Virus record (IMG/VR): IMGVR_UViG_3300046738_000023
Coordinates: 1-50,096 of that record
From: a virus
Taxonomy: Duplodnaviria > Caudoviricetes
Direction: 5' to 3' (one strand)
DNA: 50,096 nucleotides
The translations under genes were made by a program, and so were the position numbers. The notes beneath the pieces were generated by a model that had not been told where the DNA came from, searched no databases, and saw only the letters and a list, made by a program, of their open reading frames with translations. Shown in pieces: positions 36,770 to 46,130 of the stretch. Position 1 is the stretch's first letter. Every line of letters begins with the position of its first letter.

Positions 36770-37106
36770 GCCCTGCCACAACACCCGTCCCGAAGAGCTC
36801 GAGACCGCGCACCTCGCGCTGAATGGCGCAGCGGCCGAGCCAGGGCACTCGCCGACCGAGGACAGGCTCATCGACGCGATAATCGCGTTGCTCGCGTACG
36901 TGGAGAAGCTGCCGCGACCGAAGCCACCGCCCGAAGACGACGGTGAAAGCCTGCTCACCGACCCGCGGGCAATCGCACGGCGTCACCACGTCGACGTCAC
37001 CTCGCTGCTCAAGAGCACTGAGCTGCTCGCTAGTACGGGCGTCCTTCTGAGCCCGAACGAGACGCTGTTCTTGGCCGACATTCTGCAACTGCTGGGGTTT
37101 GAATGA
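36762..37106 (+). CDS. Hypothetical protein
   Basis: GGAGG SD; coupled. Confidence 0.55.
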   Translation: MAEPCHNTRPEELETAHLALNGAAAEPGHSPTEDRLIDAIIALLAYVEKLPRPKPPPEDDGESLLTDPRAIARRHHVDVTSLLKSTELLASTGVLLSPNETLFLADILQLLGFE

Positions 37107-37330
37107 CCCGCTGCACCACCGCGCTGCTGCTGACCCTCGCACTCACGAGCTCGTGCGGGCACGCCCCGCCGCCGCCCGTCGACTGGCCCAAGGTGGTGCG
37201 TGCTGTCGCCGAGCTCCATGGCCTGGCGCAGCGTCATGGCCAGGCGATCGTCGTGTGCCTGGTGGGCGAGGCCCCGGACGCAGTGCTGCTGCAGGCGCCA
37301 AGCGGTGCGGAGACGGAGAATCCGCCATGA
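37103..37330 (+). CDS. Small putative lipoprotein
   Basis: Hydrophobic signal ending LTSSC, then Pro-rich segment. Confidence 0.45.
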   Translation: MTRCTTALLLTLALTSSCGHAPPPPVDWPKVVRAVAELHGLAQRHGQAIVVCLVGEAPDAVLLQAPSGAETENPP

Positions 37331-37728
37331 TCGACACCTGCGCGTATCGCGTGGTCACGTACAGCGAGCTTGGCGTGACCGAGTGGCAGCCGACTGTTGG
37401 GCTGCAGATCGGGCGCTTCGCCGTGCGCCAACTGCAACCAGGCGAGCTGCTGTGCGACGGACGGGACACGTTCAGGGTCGTAGCGCGGTTCATCGTCGAC
37501 CACGTCCCAAGTGGGCATGGACTCATCGGCACCATGCGCTTTGAGGACGCAGTCATGATCGCGGACGACGTGTCGCGCTTCGCTGTAGCCGATCCGGACG
37601 CCGGGCACATCGAGCAGGCTCTTGAGCAGATTGGACCGGAGCTGCTCGATTGGCTGCGCAGCTGCTCCAAGCGCGGCGAGTTCGGGCCGTTCCGGCAGTG
37701 GCAGGCAAAGCGTGCGGTGTCAGCATGA
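37327..37728 (+). CDS. Hypothetical protein
   Basis: GGAG SD; H.PSG motif. Confidence 0.6.
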   Translation: MIDTCAYRVVTYSELGVTEWQPTVGLQIGRFAVRQLQPGELLCDGRDTFRVVARFIVDHVPSGHGLIGTMRFEDAVMIADDVSRFAVADPDAGHIEQALEQIGPELLDWLRSCSKRGEFGPFRQWQAKRAVSA

Positions 37729-37857
37729 ACCGCTACCTCACAAGCTCTGTGGCGGGCGATCGCAGTAGCGCCTCGTCACGTAGCGCGGGCCGGCCAGCGA
37801 TAGAGCCGGCACTCATCACGGCGGACGTAATGCCCGCCCCGCGAAAGGAACCCAGCC

Positions 37858-37992
37858 ATGACCCCCGATCCCGAGTCGTCCGAACCGTCACCAGTGCCCG
37901 AGCCCGAGCCCGAGCCCGAGTCGCCAGTGCCCGACCCCGATCCCGACGAGCAAGAGAAAGCCGCGCTCGAGCGGCCGAGTTCGGAGCGCTGA
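37858..37992 (+). CDS. Acidic Pro-rich peptide (44 aa, not in the ORF track)
   Basis: AAAGGA SD; PEPEPEPE and PDPDPD repeats. Confidence 0.4.
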   Translation: MTPDPESSEPSPVPEPEPEPESPVPDPDPDEQEKAALERPSSER

Positions 37993-38040
37993 CTCTGCGA
38001 CCCCGCGCGGCATGCGGCAGTGGCGCCGCGCGGGGCGTTA

Positions 38041-38114
38041 TGCGGCTTCACCGGGACGGTGGGCGAGGTTTCATCGAGCCTACGCGACTGGGTTCGACTC
38101 CCAGAGCCGCAACC
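38041..38114 (+). tRNA. Non-canonical tRNA-like gene, anticodon CAT
   Basis: Acceptor TGCGGCT/AGCCGCA; D-arm CACC-GGGAC-GGTG; loop TTCATCGA; T-arm CTGGG-TTCGACT-CCCAG; ends ACC. Confidence 0.75.
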
Positions 38115-38200
38115 GAGCGCAGCGCCCCGGGGTGTGGTGCCGCAGGAGATCTGCGGCCGGGCTGTGCGATCCCCTTGAATCAGACCGGGGAGCTGCGCTC

Positions 38201-38398
38201 ATGAGCGACGATAAAGAGAGCGGGATACAGAGCTCGATCAGCGCACAGCTCTACAAGCTGCGCAGCGAGCAGCGAGCGCGTGTAGAGCGCCAGGTTCGGC
38301 GTCGCATGGTGATCGTGGCCTTGCTGATGGCGGCCATGCTGCTGCTGTTTTGCGTGGTGGTCGCGCTGCTGACGCATGCCCTCGAGGCGCCGCCATGA
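38201..38398 (+). CDS. Small single-TM protein
   Basis: GGGGAG SD; C-terminal hydrophobic helix. Confidence 0.55.
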   Translation: MSDDKESGIQSSISAQLYKLRSEQRARVERQVRRRMVIVALLMAAMLLLFCVVVALLTHALEAPP

Positions 38399-38799
38399 CG
38401 CCCGCCGAGCGCGACGAGAGCTTCGTGTGCCCCAAGTTGCACAGCACCATCAGCCGCGGCGACTGTGCTGCGCGCCACGTCCGTTACGCCAGCCGAGCGG
38501 CCTCTACCAACGGCGTCGCGGGGTGTTGCTGTAGCGTCTGCCCGATTGGCGCAGAGCACGCACGGGGCGTTCGCGCCCTGCACGTGCAGCTCGCGGTGAT
38601 CGTGCCCAAGCCGAGCCGGCGCAGCTACCGGCCGCATTTGTGCGTGGGGTGCGGGCTTCCCGTGCCGCAGCCGAGCGTCCCTCGGCGCGACCGAATGTGG
38701 GGGGCACAACTTCGCAATGTCTGTGGGCCTAGCTGCGCGAGTCTGGCGCGGAGCTTCGAGGGCCAAACGTTTGAACTGCAACTGCCCGAGTGGGCGTAG
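38395..38799 (+). CDS. Cys-rich hypothetical protein
   Basis: C..CPIG..H, CVGC and CGPSC motifs. Confidence 0.55.
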   Translation: MTPAERDESFVCPKLHSTISRGDCAARHVRYASRAASTNGVAGCCCSVCPIGAEHARGVRALHVQLAVIVPKPSRRSYRPHLCVGCGLPVPQPSVPRRDRMWGAQLRNVCGPSCASLARSFEGQTFELQLPEWA

Positions 38800-38812
38800 G
38801 GAGAGAGAACTC

Positions 38813-38986
38813 ATGAACGCAAGCATAGGCATCTGGATCGGGCTCGGACTGGCGACCGCGGCATGGATCGCCGCTGCAGTCTCGCCATCGAATGCGCGCA
38901 TCGTAGCGGGGTGGGTGTTTGCGATCATCGGCACAGTGCTGCTGGTCTTGGCTGCGGCCGGCGTCGCGGCGGTGTTGGTGAGATAG
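38813..38986 (+). CDS. Small two-TM protein
   Basis: Purine-rich SD; two hydrophobic helices. Confidence 0.5.
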   Translation: MNASIGIWIGLGLATAAWIAAAVSPSNARIVAGWVFAIIGTVLLVLAAAGVAAVLVR

Positions 38987-39187
38987 GTGGGCGCCGCTCA
39001 CCCAGCCCTGGAGTTCGCGCTCGGCTTCGCGGTGCTGAGCGGCGTGAGCATGCTCGCGGTGGTGGGGTTGCTGCTCGAGCTCGCGATCGGCACCGTGCGC
39101 TGGGCGCTTGGCGGGGTGCTGATCGACGAGCTCGCGGGCGCGGGCGAGGACGACGATCCGCTCAGCGGGGGCGCTCATGGGCTTTGA
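38987..39187 (+). CDS. Small membrane protein
   Basis: Hydrophobic N-terminal half. Confidence 0.4.
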   Translation: MGAAHPALEFALGFAVLSGVSMLAVVGLLLELAIGTVRWALGGVLIDELAGAGEDDDPLSGGAHGL

Positions 39188-39815
39188 CGCGCGCGGAAGC
39201 GACGAGTCGGAGCTGCGCGACTTCGTGCGTGAGGTGCTCCGGCTCGGCGCCCGAGGCCTCGACCAGGAGAGCTACCGAACGTTTGACAGTGCGCAGCGTG
39301 CACTGCGCCGGCCGTGGCGACTCAAGGGCCACGCTACGTCGCCGGCGCCCAGGAATGTCGAGCACTGGGTGGCTGAGCTCGGCAAGTTGCAGGTGGGGCA
39401 GCGCCGCGAGCTCAATACCGTGCCGGTGACTCGGCTCGACGCTGACTTGTTCGAGGTTGGCAGGTATCGGTGGGCCTACGCATGGACGACGAGTCCCGCG
39501 TGGCCGCTCGCCGAGGCGCCACCCGACGACTTCGAGAAGCTGAATACCGCGGCGACGCTCGCCCGAGTGTGTAGCGGCTACTACCCAACGATCGGCACGA
39601 CGGCGGATCTACGGGCAATCCAGGCCATGTTCAGACGCGGCATCGAGCGGGCAGCCAGTGAAGCTCTCGACGCCATCCGCAGCATCTACGAGCGAGACTA
39701 CGAGCCGGCCACCTTGGGGAGGGTGGATCGGGAGCGGGTCGAGCGCGTGCTCGACTTCATGACGCCGCACTTCGTGAACACACCAGCAGAGGAGGGCACG
39801 AGCGCATGCGAATGA
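39177..39815 (+). CDS. Hypothetical protein
   Basis: Long ORF with GC-rich third positions. Confidence 0.6.
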   Translation: MGFDARGSDESELRDFVREVLRLGARGLDQESYRTFDSAQRALRRPWRLKGHATSPAPRNVEHWVAELGKLQVGQRRELNTVPVTRLDADLFEVGRYRWAYAWTTSPAWPLAEAPPDDFEKLNTAATLARVCSGYYPTIGTTADLRAIQAMFRRGIERAASEALDAIRSIYERDYEPATLGRVDRERVERVLDFMTPHFVNTPAEEGTSACE

Positions 39816-40837
39816 AGGTCGGGTTCCGCGGGATACCACAAACCGTCACGGCGCCAGCCGCTCGGCCGGACACGCGCGATTCCGATCGCGACGAGCTCCT
39901 CACCCACGAGTGGTCGTGGCGCGACGACTGCATGGTGTACAGCCGTCGCTCGAGCGTGGTGCTCTACAACTATCGTGCCGAGCGCAAGACGGCGCTTGCG
40001 CGGCAGGTCGAGGCGGAGTTCGCGGGACTCACCGGGAACGCGCATATCTGGCCGCGCGTCGAGAACGCAGCGTGGTCCTATCTCAGGCGGCTGCGCGAAG
40101 AAGATCACCGCGACAGGCGCGCTCGACGAGTCGCTCGGCCGTGCAAGCGGTGTGGTGCGGTGTTCACGCCGATCTATCGCATCATCAGGCCGTTCTGCTC
40201 TCAGCGCTGCGCTAACAACGCGTATTACCACCGCCGCTACCGCGTGGACCCTGCGTACCGCGAGCGGCTCCTGCGCCAGTCCAAGCGCAGGTACGCGCGC
40301 ATCCGAGCCGACCCGGAGAAGTACGCGCAGAAGCTGGCGTACCACCGCGACTACTCCAAGCGTTCGGGCATGCGCAAGCGCCAGTATGAGGCCACCATGG
40401 CCGATCCGGGGAAGCGCGCGAAAAAGAACGGTGACCTGCGCGCTTGGCGAGCCAAGGCAAGCCAGGATTCGGAGTGGCGCCAGAAGCAGAGCGCGTATAA
40501 CCGCGAGCGCTACGCGCTCAAGAAGGCCCTGGCGCCGACTGAGCCCAAGCGCCCACGCGCGTGGAGGCCGTCACCGTTGCGAGCTGAGCTCGCCAGTGCC
40601 TACGGTAGTTGGGCGGTGCTGCGGGAGGTCGCCGCGCGCGGCAAGGCTCGGTACGCGCTCTGCCGTTGCGCGTGTGGTCGCGAGGCCGAGGTCAAGATTG
40701 CGAGCTTGCGGCAGGGCGTGAGCTCGCGCTGCAACTCGTGCGCGTCCAAGCTGCGCTCTGCGGCTCGCTGGGCAGCAGTCGCCCGGAGCCGGGCCAAGAA
40801 GACGGCCGAGCGGGAATGTGCGGAGGCTGCCGAATGA
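39812..40837 (+). CDS. Arg-rich protein with Zn-finger modules
   Basis: CKRCG...FCSQRC; C-terminal G.W.V...CRC.CG...L..G.S..C..C module of the kind found on HNH/AP2 proteins. Confidence 0.65.
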   Translation: MKVGFRGIPQTVTAPAARPDTRDSDRDELLTHEWSWRDDCMVYSRRSSVVLYNYRAERKTALARQVEAEFAGLTGNAHIWPRVENAAWSYLRRLREEDHRDRRARRVARPCKRCGAVFTPIYRIIRPFCSQRCANNAYYHRRYRVDPAYRERLLRQSKRRYARIRADPEKYAQKLAYHRDYSKRSGMRKRQYEATMADPGKRAKKNGDLRAWRAKASQDSEWRQKQSAYNRERYALKKALAPTEPKRPRAWRPSPLRAELASAYGSWAVLREVAARGKARYALCRCACGREAEVKIASLRQGVSSRCNSCASKLRSAARWAAVARSRAKKTAERECAEAAE

Positions 40838-41463
40838 CGCTGCCGCTCCGAAAGCTGATCGAAGTCGCCATGCCACTCGAGGCGATCAACCGCGAGGCTG
40901 CGCGCGAGAAGTCCATTCGGCATGGGCACCCGTCGACGCTGCATCTGTGGTGGGCGCGTCGTCCGCTAGCAGCTTGCCGCGCCGTGATCTTCGCCCAGTA
41001 CGTCGACGACCCATCGAGCTACATCGACGACGAAGGCGAGGCCGACCGCGAACGCCAGCGCCTGCTCAACCTGATCGAGCGCCTGGTGCCTTGGGAAGCC
41101 TCGACCGACATGGCCGTGATCAGCTCCGCGCGACTCGAGATCGCGCGGAGCTGGGAGCGCAGTCACGGTGGCCCGCCATTGGGCACGGCGCCCACACCCG
41201 AAGAGGTCGACGCGTACCTCGGCGATCACGTGGCCGCGTTCTGCGATCCGTTCTGCGGCGGTGGCTCGCTGGTGCTTGAAGCGCGGCGCCTGGGGCTACG
41301 CGCGTTCGGTTCGGACAAGAACCCGGTGGCGGTGCTGATCACCAAGGCGCTCGTCGAGATCCCGCCGCGGTTCGCGAACATGCCGCCCGTTAACCCGCGG
41401 GACCGTGACCAGCTGGCGCCGGCTCGCAAGGCGCGAAGGCGTCCGGCAAGGGCGGCCTCGTGA
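40834..41463 (+). CDS. DUF1156 adenine-methylase N-terminal fragment (209 aa)
   Basis: KLIEVAMPLEAIN...HGHPSTLHLWWARRPLAACRA, DPFCGGGS and NPVAVLI motifs; no DPPY. Confidence 0.85.
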   Translation: MTLPLRKLIEVAMPLEAINREAAREKSIRHGHPSTLHLWWARRPLAACRAVIFAQYVDDPSSYIDDEGEADRERQRLLNLIERLVPWEASTDMAVISSARLEIARSWERSHGGPPLGTAPTPEEVDAYLGDHVAAFCDPFCGGGSLVLEARRLGLRAFGSDKNPVAVLITKALVEIPPRFANMPPVNPRDRDQLAPARKARRRPARAAS

Positions 41464-41957
41464 AGCACGCCGACCGCCAGCTCCATGCTTTCCTCGCCGC
41501 CTGCGGCTTGCGCTTCGAGGGTGTGCCGTATCCGTTCAAGAAGCCCGGCTGGGTTCGCCCCAAGCCGCCCGAACCCACCGAGGCCGAGCGCGTCGAGCTC
41601 GCCGCCCAGCACGTCGAACTCGAGCGGCAACTGTGGGAGCGGCCGTGGCCTGTCGTGCTGCCCGAGCCCACTGTCGACGAGCGCTGGGCCGAGCTCGTGG
41701 AGCGGCACGAGCATCAATCGCCGGCGACGAACGCGGCCGTGCTGCTGCGCCTGCGCCGCGACCTGGTGCGCTACGGCGTGCGACGGCTGCGCGCGGGTAC
41801 TGAGGCGTGGCACCAGCGCCCGCTCGAGCTGGTGCGGGCTGAGTCGGTGGCGGCGCTCGGGGCGCTCGGGCATGGGCGGTTTGCGCGGTGGCTCACGGCA
41901 CCGGTGAGGGCGCGGCGATCGAGGGCGGCTGCGGTGCAGATGGAGCTCGCGGTATGA
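41460..41957 (+). CDS. Hypothetical protein
   Basis: GTGA overlap with the upstream gene. Confidence 0.55.
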   Translation: MKHADRQLHAFLAACGLRFEGVPYPFKKPGWVRPKPPEPTEAERVELAAQHVELERQLWERPWPVVLPEPTVDERWAELVERHEHQSPATNAAVLLRLRRDLVRYGVRRLRAGTEAWHQRPLELVRAESVAALGALGHGRFARWLTAPVRARRSRAAAVQMELAV

Positions 41958-42114
41958 AGCGCGTTCTACACAGCCTCGACCCGCAACGCCCAGGCAGGGT
42001 GCACGCCGCCAACGAGCAAGGCGGCCTGCGCCTCGGGTGCGTCGAGGCCGAGGGACGCCGCGCCTTGCCCGCACCCGACGAGACGGCCACGCGCGCCGCG
42101 GACAAGGAGGATGT

Positions 42115-42516
42115 ATGCACCACAGCGACGAAGCCTCGCTGAGCGGATTGGCGATCGAGCCGGTGCCAGCGCAGCCCACGGTATGCCGGCTCTGCGGCGC
42201 GCATCTCGCACCGCTGCGCCGCTACGCCGGCCTCTGCCGCGCTTGCATCATGGCGTGGGCCAGGCCAGCGCAGCGGCCCACCTCGCGCGCGGTGCCGCTC
42301 TTTGTCGAACTCGGCAGGAGTTACCGACGGCGGCCCGACGGTCGCAAGGAGCGGTACGTGCAGATTCAATGCACCTGCGGCCGGCGTCGCACCCTGAAGC
42401 TCTCCACGTGGGAGCAGCACAAGCCACGGTGCTGCAACCGTTGCCGACTGCGCGACATCGACGCGCTGGGATTCAAGGCGGAGGGGGCGGTATGGCCGGA
42501 AGAAAACAACCGCTAA
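42115..42516 (+). CDS. Zn-binding protein upstream of terminase
   Basis: AAGGAGG SD; CRLC, CRAC, CTCG and CNRC. Confidence 0.6.
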   Translation: MHHSDEASLSGLAIEPVPAQPTVCRLCGAHLAPLRRYAGLCRACIMAWARPAQRPTSRAVPLFVELGRSYRRRPDGRKERYVQIQCTCGRRRTLKLSTWEQHKPRCCNRCRLRDIDALGFKAEGAVWPEENNR

Positions 42517-43019
42517 ACGCGAAGCGCAAGCGGTTCGTGCTCGAGTACCTCGTTGACATGAACGGCACCGCCGCCGCTGTGCGCGCTGGCTACAGCGTCA
42601 AGACCGCCAAGGAGAGCGCGTACCGGATACTCCGTAACCCGAGCGTCAAGAAGGAGCTGAGCAGGCAGATGGCTGCGCTCGCCGGGCGCCTCGAGATGCG
42701 CGCCGAAGACGTGGTGCGCGAGTACTGCAAAATCGCGCGGGCTAACATCACCGACTTTCTCAGCTTTGGCCCGGGCGGCGTGGACATGAAGGAGTCCGCT
42801 GAGCGCACGCCCGACCAGCTTGCGGCGATCGCCGAGGTCCGAATGGCGAGCACCGCCACGGGCAAGTCGGTGTCGCTCAAGCTTCACAACAAGACCGACG
42901 CGCTGCTCGCGCTCGGCAGGCACCTCGGCATGTTCATCGAGCGCCACGACGTGCGCGTCGACGGCAAGGCCGAGGTGCGGTTCTACCTCCCTGACAATGG
43001 CCGACGTCCCGGAACATAG
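42492..43019 (+). CDS. terS: Terminase small subunit
   Basis: RFVLEYLVDMNGTAAAVRAGYS and K..AL..LGRHLGMF motifs. Confidence 0.9.
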   Translation: MAGRKQPLNAKRKRFVLEYLVDMNGTAAAVRAGYSVKTAKESAYRILRNPSVKKELSRQMAALAGRLEMRAEDVVREYCKIARANITDFLSFGPGGVDMKESAERTPDQLAAIAEVRMASTATGKSVSLKLHNKTDALLALGRHLGMFIERHDVRVDGKAEVRFYLPDNGRRPGT

Positions 43020-44421
43020 CCCGCCGCTCGAGATCCGCCCCCAGGACGGATCGCAAGAGCGATTCTTGTCGAGCACCGCGGACATGGTGTTCTACGGCGG
43101 CGAGGCGGGCTCGGGCAAAACCAGCGGGCTTGCGCTCGAGTGCCTCCGCAACCATGACGTCAAGGGGTTTGCCGCGATCTGCTTTCGTCGCACGAGCAAC
43201 CAGCTCAGAGGGCCCCAGTCCCTGTGGGAGCTGATGCAGGAGTGGTACCCGGCGCTTGGGGCCGTACTGCGCGAAACCCCCAACCCCTCGGCGACGTTCC
43301 CGAGCGGTTGCACGGTGCAGCTCGATCACCTGCAGTACGACGCCGACAAGCTCAAGCATCAGGGCAAGGGCTACGGGCTCATCAACTTTGACGAGCTGCC
43401 GCACTTCCTCGAGAGCCAGTTCTGGTATCTCTTCAGCCGCAATCGCAGCACCAGCGGGGTTGCGCCCTACGTGCGTGCGACGATGAACCCCACCGCGGAC
43501 ACCTGGGTCAAGAAGATGATCGAGTGGTACCTCGACGAGCGCGGCGAGTTCATCCGGCCCGAGCGGTCGGGGGTGATCCGGTACTTCTACCGAGTGGACG
43601 ACGAGCTGGTATGGGGCGACTCCGCCGAGGACCTGCTCACGCGCTATCCGCATCTGACACACCCGCCCATCAGCTTTACCTTCATTCTGGGCTACCTCGC
43701 CGACAACAAGATCATGCTCGACAAGGACCCGGGCTACCGCGCGCGCCTCATGGCGTTGCCCAGGGTCGAGCGCGAACGGCTGCTTGGCCACGGCAAAGGA
43801 GGCAACTGGCTCATCCGGCCCGCCGCCGGGCTGTACTTTCGGCGCGGGTGGTTTCAGCTCGTGGAGGTAGCGCCCACCGACCTCGTCGCCATCGTCCGCG
43901 CGTGGGACAAGGCTGCTAGCCAGGTGACGCCCGAGCGCCCGGACCCGGACTGGACGCGCGGGGTCAAGATGGGGGTGACGCGCACGGGGCGCTTTGTGCT
44001 GCTGCACATGGAATCGCTGCGCGGCTCACCCCACCAGGTCGACCGCGCCATGCAGAATATCGCTGCCCAGGACGGCGCGCTCGTCAAGATCTGCATCTGG
44101 CAGGACCCGGGTGCGGCGGGCGTCCTGGACGTGGCCCACACCAAGAGCATCCTCGCCGGCTACCGGGTGGAGTCCGTGGTGGCGCGCCAGGACAAGGTGA
44201 CCTATGCGGGGCCGTTCTCCACCCAGGTCGAGGCCGGTAACGTAGACGTGGTGGCCGGCCCCTGGAACGAAGCGTTCTTTGCTGAGCTCGAAGGGTTTCC
44301 CGACGGCGCCCACGACGACATTGTGGACGCCTGCTCGCGGGCGTTTCTGGCTCTTCACAAACCGAGCGTCCTCGCATACCAGACCGCCATGGACGCGATC
44401 AAGGTGGAGCTCCTGTCATGA
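42997..44421 (+). CDS. terL: Terminase large subunit
   Basis: YGGEAGSGKT, FDEL, RATMNP, RAWD.A and FPDGAHDDIVDA motifs. Confidence 0.95.
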   Translation: MADVPEHSPPLEIRPQDGSQERFLSSTADMVFYGGEAGSGKTSGLALECLRNHDVKGFAAICFRRTSNQLRGPQSLWELMQEWYPALGAVLRETPNPSATFPSGCTVQLDHLQYDADKLKHQGKGYGLINFDELPHFLESQFWYLFSRNRSTSGVAPYVRATMNPTADTWVKKMIEWYLDERGEFIRPERSGVIRYFYRVDDELVWGDSAEDLLTRYPHLTHPPISFTFILGYLADNKIMLDKDPGYRARLMALPRVERERLLGHGKGGNWLIRPAAGLYFRRGWFQLVEVAPTDLVAIVRAWDKAASQVTPERPDPDWTRGVKMGVTRTGRFVLLHMESLRGSPHQVDRAMQNIAAQDGALVKICIWQDPGAAGVLDVAHTKSILAGYRVESVVARQDKVTYAGPFSTQVEAGNVDVVAGPWNEAFFAELEGFPDGAHDDIVDACSRAFLALHKPSVLAYQTAMDAIKVELLS

Positions 44422-46130
44422 GCGCCGCGCGGCAGGTGGTGCACCGCATCGACAGCTGGGTCAACGCGCTGACGGGTCTTGGCGGGTTACGCGACAAGCT
44501 CAGCTACACGCAAATCCTGCCCGGCATGCGCCTCACCGACGGCGCGCTCGAGGCGCTCTACGACACCGATGACATTGCCGCCAAGATCATCGACAAGCTC
44601 CCGCGCGACGCCACGCGCCGCGGCTTTACCCTGGAGTTTGAGGGCGACGGCGACGATGAGAGCGCCGCCGCCATGCGCGCGTTGGATGCCCAGCTCATGG
44701 ACATGGCCGTGCTGCCCACGCTGCGCGAAAGCTGGATCTGGGCACGGCTCTACGGCGCGGGCGCGGTGTATCTAGGCGCCGACGACGGCTTGCCGCCCGA
44801 GGAGGCGTTGGCCGAGGACCGGATCGCAGAGGTGCGGTTTCTCAATGTGCTGACTCGGCCGCAGCTCCAGGTCCGCAAGCGCTACGACGATGTCCACGGC
44901 GCCAAGTTCGGAGAGCCAGAGCTGTACGCCGTGCGCCGCGCCGACGGCAGGGGCGTCGATGGCAGGGGCGCTGGCGAGGTGCTCATCCATGAGTCGCGCC
45001 TGGTGGTGTTTCCCGGCGCCCTCACGTCGCGCAGCGGGACGCAGAGCACCGACGACTGGGACAACTCGGTGCTGCAGCGCGTGCACGATCGCCTCAAGCA
45101 AAGCGCCAGCAGTTGGCAGTCCGCCGCGCACCTCATGACTGACGCGAGCCAGGCCGTGCTGAAGATCGACCACCTGGTCGACATCATCGCTACCGGCGGC
45201 GAGTCCCAGCTCCGGACGCGCATGGAGATGATGGACATGGCCCGCTCGGTTTGCCGGGCCATTCTTGTGGACGCAGAGCACGAAGAGTTTACCCGCGTGG
45301 CCACGAGCTTTACCGGACTGCCCGAGATGCTCGACCGATTCATGATGCGAGATGCTGCGGCCGCGGAGATGCCGGTGGCGCTGCTCTACGGCCGCTCGGC
45401 TGCCGGGATGAACGCCACCGGAGAGAGCGACACCCGTGGCTGGTATGACGTGGTCGAGGACGCGCAAAATGACGTGTTGCGGCCGCGCCTGGAGCGTGTG
45501 GTGCGGGTCTTCATGCTCGCCAAGAACGGGCCGACGCACGGCCAAGAGCCGGAGAATTGGCGGCTCGTCTTCAATCCCCTTTGGCAGCCCACCGCCAAGG
45601 AGCAAGCCGAGACGCGCAAGCTCAATGGCGAGACCATCGCCGTCCTCGTCAACTCGCAGGTGATCTTCCCCGAGGAAGGCGCGTTGGCCCTTGCGCAGTC
45701 GGGCGATTTCTCCACTCTTGACGTCGAGGCGCGTAGGCAAGCGCTCGAGATCGACAGGGAGCGCGCCGCTGATCCGGAGGGCACTGATCCGGAGGGCACC
45801 AGGCTAGACCCGGCAGCTCCTGCCGGCGCCAGTCCCACCGACCCGAGCGTGCAGGACACCGCGCTCAACGGCGCGCAGGTGACCTCGATGCTCGAGATCG
45901 TTACGGCGGTTGCTTCAGGCCAGATCCCCCGCGCGACGGGCGTTCAGATGCTCACGCTCGCATTTCAGATGAGTGCTGCCGAGGCCGAGAAGCTGATGGG
46001 CGAGACGGGCGCTGGCTTCACCCCAGCGGCCAAGCCTACGCCGCCCCAGTTACCGCCACCGCCTGCATCGGGTGCGCCAGCGACTGACCCGGTGCCCGCG
46101 ACTGACCCCCAGCCGCCGCAGGACAAGTAA
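44418..46130 (+). CDS. Portal protein (DUF1073 family) with C-terminal extension
   Basis: WARLYG, IHESR, L.G.S..GMNATGESD..WYD and FNPLWQ motifs. Confidence 0.9.
   Translation: MSAARQVVHRIDSWVNALTGLGGLRDKLSYTQILPGMRLTDGALEALYDTDDIAAKIIDKLPRDATRRGFTLEFEGDGDDESAAAMRALDAQLMDMAVLPTLRESWIWARLYGAGAVYLGADDGLPPEEALAEDRIAEVRFLNVLTRPQLQVRKRYDDVHGAKFGEPELYAVRRADGRGVDGRGAGEVLIHESRLVVFPGALTSRSGTQSTDDWDNSVLQRVHDRLKQSASSWQSAAHLMTDASQAVLKIDHLVDIIATGGESQLRTRMEMMDMARSVCRAILVDAEHEEFTRVATSFTGLPEMLDRFMMRDAAAAEMPVALLYGRSAAGMNATGESDTRGWYDVVEDAQNDVLRPRLERVVRVFMLAKNGPTHGQEPENWRLVFNPLWQPTAKEQAETRKLNGETIAVLVNSQVIFPEEGALALAQSGDFSTLDVEARRQALEIDRERAADPEGTDPEGTRLDPAAPAGASPTDPSVQDTALNGAQVTSMLEIVTAVASGQIPRATGVQMLTLAFQMSAAEAEKLMGETGAGFTPAAKPTPPQLPPPPASGAPATDPVPATDPQPPQDK

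Noticed and set aside
38115-38200. HDV-like (theta) ribozyme after the tRNA
   Set aside because: A P1-like pairing exists, but I could not find P1.1, P3/L3 or a J4/2 catalytic C arrangement
37650-38204. 184-aa ORF
   Set aside because: Low-complexity Arg/Ala frame running through the tRNA-like gene; the peptide plus RNA reading fits better
38813-39187. Holin
   Set aside because: TM segments only, in an early/middle operon with no adjacent lysin; insufficient evidence
39812-40837. HNH homing endonuclease
   Set aside because: Only the associated Zn module is present; no HNH catalytic motif seen
44418-46130. Anti-CBASS Acb1 label sometimes attached to DUF1073 proteins
   Set aside because: Position and motifs indicate a portal; no paired HxT phosphoesterase motifs seen in the extension
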